64,000 nt of DNA from an uncultured Planctomycetota bacterium (GTDB taxonomy: Bacteria; Planctomycetota; PLA2; JAEUHO01), in contig CAVVXN010000005.1 in the NCBI GenBank assembly GCA_963752285.1, positions 2,175,284 to 2,239,283 of the forward strand. Reading direction: 5' to 3'. The number at the start of each line of letters is the position of its first letter. Positions within the stretch are counted from its first letter, which is position 1. The notes under the pieces were generated by a model. It saw only the letters and a list, made by a program, of their open reading frames with translations, did no database searches and was not told the origin of the DNA. The position numbers and the translations under genes were made by a program. Shown here piece by piece: positions 9,741 through 18,651 of the stretch.

Positions 9741-10031
9741 CCGCGCACCGCCTGCGGGGACGGCCCGCTCGACGTTGGCGTACGCGGGGCCGTTGCCCTC
9801 GGGGTCGGCCTGGAGGTCGATCCACCACTCGGACCCGTCGGGCATCCGGACCAGCACCGCGGGGAGGCCCGCGTCGCCGAGCGTCGCGCCGAGGATCTTC
9901 CCCCCGGCCAGAGCGTTCAGGCGCTCGACGGTGCCGCCCGCCTCGTCGGCGCGACTCACTTCGCACCGTCCTTCTGTGCGGCCGGGGCCTTCGCGCGGGA
10001 CTGCAAGTTCAGCCACAGGAATCCGTTCCAC
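9738..10031 (-). CDS. hypothetical protein
   Basis: 97-aa ORF with plausible composition (GKILGATLGDAGLPAVLVRMPDGSEWWIDLQADPEGNGPAYANV). Confidence 0.35.
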   Translation of the reverse strand: MERIPVAELAVPREGPGRTEGRCEVSRADEAGGTVERLNALAGGKILGATLGDAGLPAVLVRMPDGSEWWIDLQADPEGNGPAYANVERAVPAGGAR

Positions 10032-10342
10032 GCGGTCCCGGTGACCGCCTTCGCGATCGCCGACAGGCTGCGCCAGACCTGCCCGTCGAACTTGAAGCCG
10101 TGATCGAGGACCGTGATCTCGATCACCTGGCCCTGGTGTTCGCGCCGGAGGATCGCGCCGGGCTTCGGGAGCCGCGGGTCGCGAGGACGCGGCGCGGCCT
10201 CCTTCGCGGGGGTGCCGTTCGCGGCAGGCTCCGCGGGCGGCGTCGGCTTCGCCTTCGGGGTGCGCTTCGTCGTCGCCTTCTTCGTGGTGCGCTTCTTCGC
10301 CGCCTTCTTCGGGGCGGCCTTCTTCGTGCTCTTCGTGGCCAT
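9956..10342 (-). CDS. DUF2924-like protein with lysine/alanine/proline-rich histone-H1-like N-terminal tail
   Basis: N-terminus is KKAAPKKAAKKRTTKKATTKRTPKAKP. C-terminus is REHQGQVIEITVLDHGFKFDGQVWRSLSAIAKAVTGTAWNGFLWLNL, which I recall as the DUF2924 pattern usually seen near serine recombinases. Confidence 0.4.
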   Translation of the reverse strand: MATKSTKKAAPKKAAKKRTTKKATTKRTPKAKPTPPAEPAANGTPAKEAAPRPRDPRLPKPGAILRREHQGQVIEITVLDHGFKFDGQVWRSLSAIAKAVTGTAWNGFLWLNLQSRAKAPAAQKDGAK

Positions 10343-10541
10343 CTCAGACTCCAGCGGCGGGGGCGCTCCCCGCCGGTTGCGTCACAACAGGGCTCTTGTT
10401 CTCCGAACACTCAAGGGCATTCCGCCGTCTCGCGCCGCTTGGCTGCCGTGAGGCTCCGGCGTCCGCCGAGCCCCGCCGTGCCACGCGGAGATCCCGGTGG
10501 CGCGCACGCTGTGAGACGAGCACGCATGCCGTCGCGGGGCC

Positions 10542-10784
10542 TCACCGCGAGCCCCGCGCCCCCTCGGCCTCCACGAGCACGTAGCCGTCCAGCGGAACGT
10601 GCTCGACGCAGTGCGCGACCCGGTGACCGAGGAGATCGCGGGCACCCTCCCGCGTCATGCCGGCGCCGTGGACGTGGCGGCCGGCGCAGAGCGGGCACCG
10701 GGGGACGACCCAGGTCCACGGATCTCCGGGGCGGCGCGGCGGGATGAGGACGGCGCGGGCGATGGGCTGTTTCATGCGGGGCAC
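10542..10784 (-). CDS. small zinc-ribbon-like protein
   Basis: CPLCAGRHVHGAG...HRVAHCVEH gives a Cys/His pattern. 80 aa. Confidence 0.35.
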   Translation of the reverse strand: MPRMKQPIARAVLIPPRRPGDPWTWVVPRCPLCAGRHVHGAGMTREGARDLLGHRVAHCVEHVPLDGYVLVEAEGARGSR

Positions 10785-10835
10785 TCCGGGTCGGGGTCGA
10801 AGGAGGGAGGCGACATCGGCTCGGACAGGGAGAGG

Positions 10836-11621
10836 TCAGGGGCTCGTCCCGACCGCCGCTGCCGGCGCACGGGGCGTCACGGCCAGACCCTCGCCAGCGC
10901 ATCGACGACGTGCGGCGCTTCCTCGAGCGTGATCGCCACGCCCTCGACAGGCCACGCGCCCGGATTGCGCCAGAGCCGCGCGACCCCTGGCGCCACGAGC
11001 ACGCGCAGAGGCCCCCACCCCCTCGATCGCGTCGATGCGGGCGCGGAGGCGCTGGTTGTCGTCGAGGAGCGCGGCGACGTCGCGCTCGACCGCGACCAGG
11101 CGCTCGCGCAGCGGCGCGCTGGCGCGCTCGACTTGGGCCGCGACGATCGCGGCGATGTCGAGGGGCGACCCTCGTGGTGATGGGACGTCCTCGGCTGCTG
11201 GAGGATCCTCGGCTGCTGGGGGCTCCTCGCCCCCTGGAGGGTCCTCGGCTGCCGGGGGGGTCGTGCCGCCCGCGTCGCCGGGCGGCCGCGAAGCGCCCCT
11301 GTGCGCGCGGGCGGCCCTGTGCGCGGGGCGGCTCGAGGCCTTGGCACGTCGCTGCTCGTTGCGGGCACTGAGGAGTCCACGGGCGACGTCAGCGACAGCC
11401 GCCTCGGCGCCGTCCTCGTACTCCGCCTCGATGCAGACGCTCTCGTTGAGCCTCTGCCCGACGGCGTGGATGACGTCGCGGAGGAGGTCCTCGGGGTCCG
11501 CACGGGGGGCGTCGCCGAGCTCTCGAACGACTTCGGCGACGACAGGAGCGACTCGGTCGCGGAGGTCCTTGGACCCGGGGGGGGCGTCTCCGGGCACTTC
11601 GGCGTCGGGCACACTCGCCAC
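10836..11621 (-). CDS. hypothetical protein with coiled-coil segment
   Basis: LDIAAIVAAQVERASAPLRERLVAVERDVAALLDDNQRLRARIDAIEG. The start is uncertain and the N-terminal portion is low-complexity. Confidence 0.3.
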   Translation of the reverse strand: MASVPDAEVPGDAPPGSKDLRDRVAPVVAEVVRELGDAPRADPEDLLRDVIHAVGQRLNESVCIEAEYEDGAEAAVADVARGLLSARNEQRRAKASSRPAHRAARAHRGASRPPGDAGGTTPPAAEDPPGGEEPPAAEDPPAAEDVPSPRGSPLDIAAIVAAQVERASAPLRERLVAVERDVAALLDDNQRLRARIDAIEGVGASARARGARGRAALAQSGRVACRGRGDHARGSAARRRCAGEGLAVTPRAPAAAVGTSP

Positions 11622-12154
11622 CGTTCGACTCCTGGCCCCGCTCGCGTCCTGGCCGGAACCGCGGCGGGGCCTCTTCGTTCGAGGAGACCCCGCGGGGGCG
11701 CGTCGTCAGTGTACCGGCTCCCCCGGTCGAGGCGCGCCGCGTCCGCGCCTCGGTTCAGGGGGCGCGGGACGAGAGACAGGGGAGGCGCCGCCGCCACCGT
11801 CGCCGCGGGAGCGGGCGTCGAGCCGGCGTCGATCGGGGAGGGCGCCCGTACGGAGTCCGGCGCCGATCGTGGGCGGATCGGCGACGCGGAGACGCGCCCG
11901 CGCTCTGCCCCGTACCAGCACCCGCACCCGCACGGGGACGGAATCCGGCGGTGATCGGCGAACCGTCAGCGAACCCGCCAGAAGCCGCTCCTGCGGCCTG
12001 ATTCGCCTGCCGAGGGCCATTTCATCGGGTTGCCGCGCAGCTCAGCCGAGCCAACGAAGTGCGGTTGCGCCGCAGGTCCGGACCGGCTATCTTCGATTTC
12101 TCGCGCCTTCCTGGACGCGAGCGGGTCCAGGGGGCCCCGGCCAGGAGGACCAAC

Positions 12155-12484
12155 ATGATCGTCGGCACGACGGTTCACAAGCTCGATGGTAGGCCCTATT
12201 ACAGCCCCGTGATCGCGCGCGGCGGTGGGGCGGCGCGGTTCCCCATCGACGTCACGAACATCTGGAGCGCGAACGTGACGTTCACGGTGCAGCACAAGAA
12301 CACCGAGGACACCGCGTGGGGCAACGCGGGCGCGTTCCCCGTCATCAACGCAGTCAACCCGCACTCCCTCGACGTCGTCGGGCTCAAGGAGGAGATTCGC
12401 GTCGAGTTGACGTTCGACCAGAACGATCCGCCCGACGCCGCAGTCCACTTCCTCATCCAGGCCCCGAGTTGGAGGCCGTACTAG
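12155..12484 (+). CDS. hypothetical protein
   Basis: Internal start MIVGTTVHKLDGRPYY preceded by SD aggagga. 109 aa, normal composition. Confidence 0.55.
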   Translation: MIVGTTVHKLDGRPYYSPVIARGGGAARFPIDVTNIWSANVTFTVQHKNTEDTAWGNAGAFPVINAVNPHSLDVVGLKEEIRVELTFDQNDPPDAAVHFLIQAPSWRPY

Positions 12485-12487
12485 AGC

Positions 12488-13750
12488 GTGCCAGGTAGCG
12501 GACTTCGTACCCGAGGTCAACAAGTGGCGTGCGGGGCGGATCATGCGCGGTGCTCCAACGTGTCCAAGGCATCTCCGTGCCGCGGATGCCGAAGAGCAAC
12601 CCAGAACGAGGAGCACGCCGACCGGGCACTGCAATTCGCTGTGCAAATGGAGCACGCCGGGTCGAACTACGCCGCACCGTTCTGGCGCGTGGCCGCTGTC
12701 GCGGAGCGCTATCGCCGATCCGATCGCGGACTAGAGCATGCAAGAACGGACGCCTACGTACACCGCGTTCTGGATGCCGCATCGGAGTTTGCAGATGTGC
12801 TCGGACGGGGCCCTTATGGAGGCGGCCGGTATCCCCAGCATGCGTGGAGCCTGCTTCTCGGCGATGGCGAGGAACCGACAGGGGACGGTGAGCCTAGGTC
12901 AGGCGGAGGCGATGGAGACACGACAGATGAGGAGGCGAGGGCGGCGCGAGAAGGGCCCGACTGGAAGCCTCTGTTGGACTTTCTTACGGATGACGGCGAG
13001 ACGTACTCACCCGGGCAGGGCGGTGGGGGCGACACAAGCGGCAGCCCCGCATGCAAGGTCACGCGCTGGGCATACCCGTACTATTGGTCGCCACAGCCAC
13101 CAAGCGGCGCAAAGACGACCAACCGGCGTGGTGTTGGACTCTACTTCGAAGCAGAGGTCGAGTTCGAGAACGATCCACCCCGGTACCTTTGTAGTTGCTG
13201 CGTGTTCCGGCAATTCATCCGGGCTACAGCAGGCTCATCGTCTGCGCCCGCTGCTGGGTGGCGACGAGACAAGGAAGGGGGGGGCAAGGAGTATGGCGGA
13301 GCTCGTGTTGACGGGAGTACAGGTTCTTCGCCCGATGAGGCGGGGCGCGAGAAGGGCGAGTATTCAGCCGACGGGTGCATCCTCTCCTTTGACGACATGC
13401 CTCGAAAGCGCGGACAGCTCGTCCTTGGCGTCCTTGAACTGACTTGGGACTTTGTCGGAGTGGTGTATGACCGCTGTAACAACTGGGTCTTCGTGGACGC
13501 TAGACGGTTCCTCTTTTGGCGCAAAGTCACGCTCACCGCGGACGAGGAGGGCGACACTCTCGTGACGGATGCAGAGGGCTCGCCGGCGCTGCACAAAGAT
13601 GTCAGTCCCGAGGCCGGGGCGTCGGCTTGGACTCACAACAGTGCCGGCGGACCGGGTCGGATGCCGGGAACGAATTTCCCTCAGCCTCCCAAGAGCGAGG
13701 CGAAGCGAATGCTCAAGCGTGAGCGCCGCCGACGCACCGGGGGGCGATGA
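12488..13750 (+). CDS. large hypothetical protein (Gly/Asp-rich linker, C-terminal Cys-containing domain)
   Basis: 420-aa ORF. The true start may be internal (MEHAGSNYAAPFWRV). Segments RGVGLYFEAEVEFENDPPRYLCSCCVFRQFIRA and LVLGVLELTWDFVGVVYDRCNNWVFVDARRFLFW match no known family. It overlaps the next gene by ATGA. Confidence 0.5.
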   Translation: MPGSGLRTRGQQVACGADHARCSNVSKASPCRGCRRATQNEEHADRALQFAVQMEHAGSNYAAPFWRVAAVAERYRRSDRGLEHARTDAYVHRVLDAASEFADVLGRGPYGGGRYPQHAWSLLLGDGEEPTGDGEPRSGGGDGDTTDEEARAAREGPDWKPLLDFLTDDGETYSPGQGGGGDTSGSPACKVTRWAYPYYWSPQPPSGAKTTNRRGVGLYFEAEVEFENDPPRYLCSCCVFRQFIRATAGSSSAPAAGWRRDKEGGGKEYGGARVDGSTGSSPDEAGREKGEYSADGCILSFDDMPRKRGQLVLGVLELTWDFVGVVYDRCNNWVFVDARRFLFWRKVTLTADEEGDTLVTDAEGSPALHKDVSPEAGASAWTHNSAGGPGRMPGTNFPQPPKSEAKRMLKRERRRRTGGR

Positions 13751-14253
13751 GCTGCTCGCGAGCCGTTCTTCTCGTCGTCCTCGGAGGCCTGACACTGGCA
13801 GCGGGGACTCTCCTCTGGCTGCCGTCGTGTGCGAGTCGGACGTCGGGGCGCATTAGAGGGCCTGCGCCCTGCACAGCCGGGCTCACCATAGGCATTGCGC
13901 CGACACCCGACGGGGTCAATCCGCGCCTCATGGAGTACTACTTGGAACTCTCTGCGGATGGCAGAGCTTGGTGCGGGGAACCGCATGGTGTTGAGACGTG
14001 GGGAATCCTCGATGACGCGCGTGGTGGGCGTGTTCGGATTCGCTACGCGGCATCGTACAGCAGTGAGCCATGGGAAGCACAGGTTACGGAGCGGAGCCAA
14101 CGCCGCGTCGAGGCGTTGCCGCCGGATGCCACGGACACGTTCGAGTTCAAGGGTGACGGAGGCCTGGTCCTGGTGGAATCGACAGTTGGCCATCCACTGG
14201 GAGCGTGGCGTCTTGTGTCGGTTGAGAACGGACGGCTCCACGGTGAAAGGTAG
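13747..14253 (+). CDS. putative lipoprotein
   Basis: Signal MSCSRAVLLVVLGGLTLAAGTLLWLPSC with a lipobox-like Cys. 168 aa. Translationally coupled to the upstream gene. Confidence 0.5.
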   Translation: MSCSRAVLLVVLGGLTLAAGTLLWLPSCASRTSGRIRGPAPCTAGLTIGIAPTPDGVNPRLMEYYLELSADGRAWCGEPHGVETWGILDDARGGRVRIRYAASYSSEPWEAQVTERSQRRVEALPPDATDTFEFKGDGGLVLVESTVGHPLGAWRLVSVENGRLHGER

Positions 14254-14540
14254 GGGATCTCCGGGGGCACCAGACCCGCCCTGGGCCAGTGTCGTCCCGG
14301 CGAGCGACGCCGAGTTCGTAGGCGCGCAGGTTCAGGTGTGTCAAGCGTCGCTCAGCGGCGCCCTCCAACAGCAGGGATATGCCGATGTCGGGATCCCGTA
14401 CTCGCCCGGCTGCTCTCTCCCGTACCAGCACCCGTACCAGCACGGGCGCGTGATTCGGCGTGGATCGGGGAGTTATCGGGGAATCCCGTGCTGGCACGCG
14501 TGGCGCCGGAATCGGCCGCCAGGGCGCATTTCATCGGGGT

Positions 14541-14609
14541 CAGTGGCGCAGGTGCCACCCCGGTTTCCTAAACCGGGGGTCGCAGGTTCGAGTCCTGCCG
14601 GGGATACCA
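14541..14609 (+). tRNA. tRNA-Arg(CCT) 3' portion (D-arm to CCA); 5' acceptor strand absent, so attL/attR-type remnant
   Basis: T-arm gcagg-ttcgagt-cctgc. Acceptor 3' strand cggggat, discriminator A, then CCA at 14607..14609. Anticodon stem ccggt/accgg with loop ttCCTaa. D-stem gtgg/ccac. The 7 nt at 14534..14540 (tcggggt) cannot pair with the 3' acceptor strand. Confidence 0.55.
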
Positions 14610-14776
14610 CCTCGCCCCCCGCAAACGGCCACAAATGGCCCCTTGGGGGCTGCATGCGTGGACATGCGTCCGCAGGCGGCTGCAAAAAGGTACGTATCGT
14701 CCCAGCACATGTGCTGGGACGGGCCAGAACGCGCTCTGCGAACGGCCCATGCGACGCCGCCCACGCGTGATTCCGC

Positions 14777-15928
14777 GTGACCACCGGGCGCGGACACCGG
14801 TGGTCGTTTCAGAGCGCGAGGCCCATGAATCGGGCCCTCCTGGAGGTGTCGCCCCGCGGAGGTACATCAGCGCTCCCACGGAACCCGTACGGAGCTCTCG
14901 GAATGCCCTGGCTGAGGTCGCGCGTCGAACGGTCCACCGGTCTCCAGACCTGGTCCATCGAGTGGCGCGAGGGCGGCCGGACGGGAAAGGTCCGCCACCG
15001 CGTGCTGGGCCCCGTCACCGAGCAGGATGCGCAGTACGAGCTCGCCGCCATGAACGCCGGCCGCCGCACGCGCCGCGAGAAGCGCGTCGTCGCCCCCGCC
15101 CGCGCCGTCGAGGACTACCTGCGGCATCTCAAAGCCTCCGGCCGCCGAGAAGGCACGGTCGCCCACGACCGCGACAAGCTGAAGCCGCTACTCGACGCGT
15201 GGGGCCACCGGCCGCTCTCCGAGTGGGCCCGCTCCCACCTCGAGGCCCTCCTGGCCGACCGCGGCTGGGCCACGACGCGCGTGCGGAACGCCGTTGGCGT
15301 CTACCGCCGCTTCGTTTCCTGGTGTGACCAGGTCGGCATCTCGTGCGGTGACTTCGTGGCGGGATACAAGCCCCCCCGCCTCCGCCCCCCGGACGAACCC
15401 GAGGCGCTCGCGGCCGAGCAGGCACGCCAGCTCCTCGACGCCGCCCACGACCACGCCCTGGAGGTCCCCGTGGCCCTCGCCCTCCTCGCCGGCCTCTCCC
15501 GCGGGGATCTCCGCGCCCTCACGTGGAAGGAGGTCGACCTGGACGCCGGCCTCATTACGCGCCCCCGGCACAAGACCGGCAGGAGGCTTCGCCTCCCTAT
15601 CTCGCCGCCGCTGCGTGACGTCCTGGAGCGCCACCGCCGGCGCGCCGGCCCCGTCTGCCCCCGCCTCCCGAAGTCCGATTCTTCGCTCTCGAAGTCCCTC
15701 CACCGCCTCTGTGACCGGGCCGGCATCCCCCGCGGCGGCTGGCATCGGCTGCGCCACACGGCCGCCACCCTCCTGGCGGCCGCGGGGACGGACGTGGCCA
15801 CGATCGGGCGGATCCTCGGGCATCGGCCCGGGAGCGTCGTCACCCTGCGGTACCTTCACACGGACGATGAACGGCTGAGGCAGGCTGCAGACGCCGTCGC
15901 CGACGCGGTTCAGCGGGCCCAGGTATAG
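14777..15928 (+). CDS. tyrosine recombinase / phage integrase
   Basis: C-terminus HRLRHTAATLLAAAGTDVATIGRILGHRPGSVVTLRYLH shows the R..HxxR..Y catalytic signature. It lies 170 bp downstream of the tRNA fragment. The true start may be internal (MNRALL or MPWLRS). Confidence 0.8.
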   Translation: MTTGRGHRWSFQSARPMNRALLEVSPRGGTSALPRNPYGALGMPWLRSRVERSTGLQTWSIEWREGGRTGKVRHRVLGPVTEQDAQYELAAMNAGRRTRREKRVVAPARAVEDYLRHLKASGRREGTVAHDRDKLKPLLDAWGHRPLSEWARSHLEALLADRGWATTRVRNAVGVYRRFVSWCDQVGISCGDFVAGYKPPRLRPPDEPEALAAEQARQLLDAAHDHALEVPVALALLAGLSRGDLRALTWKEVDLDAGLITRPRHKTGRRLRLPISPPLRDVLERHRRRAGPVCPRLPKSDSSLSKSLHRLCDRAGIPRGGWHRLRHTAATLLAAAGTDVATIGRILGHRPGSVVTLRYLHTDDERLRQAADAVADAVQRAQV

Positions 15929-16134
15929 GCAATGCGTCACCTTCACGAGGAGATCAGCGCGCGGGTACGGCGGTGGCGCGAGGAGGGGTATCCATCCGGC
16001 TACCCGGTGCTCACCGAGATCCTGGAGTTTGCGGAGGAGGAAGGCGGCGCGTCGGCGATTGCGGTAACATCACGCAGCAACGTCACGTGTCATCCACCGC
16101 TCCGCGCTGGTGTGTCGGATGACGGGAGAACATC

Positions 16135-16998
16135 ATGCAGCGTCAGATAGAAGCGGGGACGATCCGAACCGACCTCGTACTGGCCGTCGGTCTGACGGCA
16201 GCGGTCTTGGGACTTGGTGTGTTCCTCGGGGCAAAGCTCCTGGGAGAGCATCCACCCGCGTCGTCGCGGCCCGTTGAGAGGGCGCAGACGCCACCTGGGC
16301 GTGAAGCTCCCGCGCCGATGCTGCGGGGTACTGCGCTCCCGGATGATATCGGGAAGCGCCTGGCAGCTGTCGAGACGGCAGTGGCAGAGTTGCGCGCCTC
16401 GCAGGCGGCAAGCCAGGAGCAGATCCAACCTTTCGTCGAGGCGTACAGCGAGCTGAAGCGTGGGGGTGCCTTGATCCCAATGGAGAGTTCCACGCCCGCG
16501 ATCCCCACTGTCTCCGAGCGTGCGACGACGGGCGATAACACGGGTAAGATCGCTCGTGAGTTAGGCCTCGACGCGGCCCGCCGGGAGGCGATGGCAACCG
16601 AGTTCGCGCAGACGCTAGCTGACCTCGAAGCGTTGGAGAAGGCCCATGCTGAGGTTACGCGCGATGGGGCCGTCACGACTATCAAGATCGACAAGTACGG
16701 CGACGAGGCCAGCGGGGCCGTTCAGCGGTGGCGGGACTGGATTGACCGCAATCTCACACCCGACGAGAAGGAAGCCTACGAGCGGGAGCACGCCGAGTCG
16801 CAGTTGATCGGGCTGCACGCGGGCCAGTTCGACCGCACCGTTCGGATCGACGAAACGGGTGGCGCCATCCGAGTCAAAGAAACCATCGCAACGAAGGACG
16901 GCCCGATGGATGTACTCCAGGGGACCGCACCTGCGGAGGCACGCGATCTCGTGCTCGCCCCCTACAGCCACCTCCTCCCCAAGCCTCCCGGTCGGTGA
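16135..16998 (+). CDS. membrane-anchored hypothetical protein
   Basis: SD gggaga. N-terminal TM LVLAVGLTAAVLGLGVFLGAKLL, followed by a coiled-coil/acidic domain. Confidence 0.5.
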   Translation: MQRQIEAGTIRTDLVLAVGLTAAVLGLGVFLGAKLLGEHPPASSRPVERAQTPPGREAPAPMLRGTALPDDIGKRLAAVETAVAELRASQAASQEQIQPFVEAYSELKRGGALIPMESSTPAIPTVSERATTGDNTGKIARELGLDAARREAMATEFAQTLADLEALEKAHAEVTRDGAVTTIKIDKYGDEASGAVQRWRDWIDRNLTPDEKEAYEREHAESQLIGLHAGQFDRTVRIDETGGAIRVKETIATKDGPMDVLQGTAPAEARDLVLAPYSHLLPKPPGR

Positions 16999-17002
16999 GG
17001 AG

Positions 17003-17318
17003 CTATCGCACTTCGCCTTCGAACAGCACCCGCCCGTCCCGGTCGTGGAGCGTCACCCGCACGACCTCCCCCTCGGGGAGCCGCCTGTCGATCCGGATCT
17101 GCCTCGCGACCTTCCAGACGACGAGCCGGTTCCGCGCCTCCTCGTGCGCCTCCTCTTGGGAGGTGAAGAACACGGGCCGCTGGTCCATCGTGAGGCCGCC
17201 AGCGAACTGCAGACGGAGCCCGTCGATGGTCGTCTCGAAGCAGACGTCCGGCAGCGTCGAGTGGGGTCCTAGGGGGTCCATCACGACCCACAGCGGGGTA
17301 GCTGCGTCGATCCTCATC
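17003..17318 (-). CDS. small protein encoded by repeat family X (complete copy A)
   Basis: MRIDAATPLWVVMDPLGPHSTLPDVCFETTIDGLRLQFAGGLTMDQRPVFFTSQEEAHEEARNRLVVWKVARQIRIDRRLPEGEVVRVTLHDRDGRVLFEGEVR. High GC3 codon usage. The same sequence recurs at 20511, 22295 and 23355. Confidence 0.5.
17003..17318. repeat. Repeat family X copy A (full, ~315 bp)
   Basis: Shared left end ...cgaacagcacccgcccgtcccggtcgtggagcgtcacccgcacgacctccccctcggggag...gatccggatct. Confidence 0.65.
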
Positions 17319-17541
17319 GCGCCCCCTCCCGGCCGTCGTCGGCCTCGAAGCCGTGGAAGACGCCGCGGGCGTACAACGCCCGGTGATCCCGGGCCCAGCG
17401 CGCGCAGGCCTCGTAGCCCATGGCGGCGGCGATCCGGGCCACCGCCGGGCGGTCGAGCATGTTCGTGAGGCCCGAGAGCCGGACGGCCTCGAGCCCCTCG
17501 CGGACGTCGGGGGGCACGCGAACGGCGTCGCGCTCGGTCAT
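17314..17541 (-). CDS. small conserved hypothetical protein, paralog B
   Basis: MTERDAVRVPPDVREGLEAVRLSGLTNMLDRPAVARIAAAMGYEACARWARDHRALYARG, paralogous to 9541..9740. Confidence 0.5.
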   Translation of the reverse strand: MTERDAVRVPPDVREGLEAVRLSGLTNMLDRPAVARIAAAMGYEACARWARDHRALYARGVFHGFEADDGREGAR

Positions 17542-17544
17542 CGT

Positions 17545-18000
17545 GCCCCCCCTCGCAGGCGAGCATGGATCCCAGCGAGGAGAACCGGCTGGTGAAGGGC
17601 TGGCGAAGCACGCGGCCGACGAGTTGGGTCATCGCACGGGCGGATCCGGTGTTGCTGAGGCTCACAAGGATGTAGGCATAGGGGCAGTCCCAGCCCTCCT
17701 GCAGAGCGCTCTTCGTGATGATCCAGGTGATGGGGCAGCCCTCGTCGAGCAGGTCGATGCCCTCGATGTCGTCCTGTTTGGATGACTTGATTGCGATCTC
17801 GGCCTCAGCCACGCCCAAGCGGGCCATGAGGTGCTTCTTCACGTCCTCCGCGTGGACGAAGCCTCTGCCCTGCTGGTCCTTCCCGGTCCGCTCGACCTGT
17901 ACGAGGACGATGGGCCGCAGCGGGGGCTTGGCTTCCGCGCCCTCGGAGTGATCGTCGACCGCGCAGTAGACCACGTCATAGAGCGAGAGCCCACAGTCAG
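17545..18000 (-). pseudogene. SF2 helicase C-terminal (RecA2) domain fragment, Type III-res/T3RE-like
   Basis: High-GC3 minus-strand reading GIDLLDEGCPITWIITKSALQEGWDCPYAYILVSLSNTGSARAMTQLVGRVLRQP matches motif VI QxxGRxxR. No helicase motifs I-III lie upstream, and the fragment is truncated at 17545 by the paralog B module. Confidence 0.5.
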
Positions 18001-18049
18001 GGGTCGCGTGGGGCTTGCGAAGTACGCCCTGCGCGAGAGGCTTATCGGA

Positions 18050-18646
18050 TTCATCAATGCCCAACAGGACGTCCAGACCGAGCATGTATTCCGGGATCTC
18101 GTGGTCAGGAAGCGCATCGCCTTCTACCTTGAGTGCATCGAGTGCCGCTTCGAGCTTCCGCCTGAGATCGAGCTCCGCAGCACACACCGCCTCACGGACG
18201 ACGACAACCGCGAGGTCGCGAAGACGCTCTTCGAGTGGGCGGCTGCCGAGGAGTTCAACGAGTACGAGCGCGAGGTTGCGCTGTGCATCGACAAACACCC
18301 CGAGGTGCTCTGGTGGTATCGCAACGCGGTCGGACGGGACTGCTTCTCGATCCAGGGCTACCGGCGTGATCGCGTGTACCCCGACTTTGTGGTTCAGAAG
18401 GGCACCGAAGGCAGGCCCGCCCCCGCCGTGGTCGTCGTGGAGGCGAAGGGCGAGCACCTCTCCGGCAACGTCGACACGGAGTACAAGCGTGACCTCGCGC
18501 AGTTCTTTGAGAAGGTCGGACGCCACGTCACATGGCAGGAACTTGGCGAGGGATTCGCTGACGCTACGTTTCGTATCCAAGTGCTAGATCAGGATGATGC
18601 AGGCGCTTGGAAGGACGGACTGGACGCGGTATTGCGGAGTGGATGA
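18050..18646 (+). pseudogene. PD-(D/E)xK nuclease domain fragment (C-terminal domain of res-like helicase-nuclease), on the strand opposite the helicase fragment
   Basis: ...WWYRNAVGRDCFSIQGYRRDRVYPDFVVQKGTEGRPAPAVVVVEAKGEHL carries the PD..(D/E)xK motif. The N-terminal part of the listed 271-aa ORF is antisense of the helicase fragment. Confidence 0.5.
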
Positions 18647-18651
18647 CGGCC

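Noticed and set aside
14534-14609. Complete tRNA-Arg gene
   Set aside because: The 5' acceptor strand (tcggggt) cannot pair with the 3' strand (cggggat). Only the 3' portion is called.
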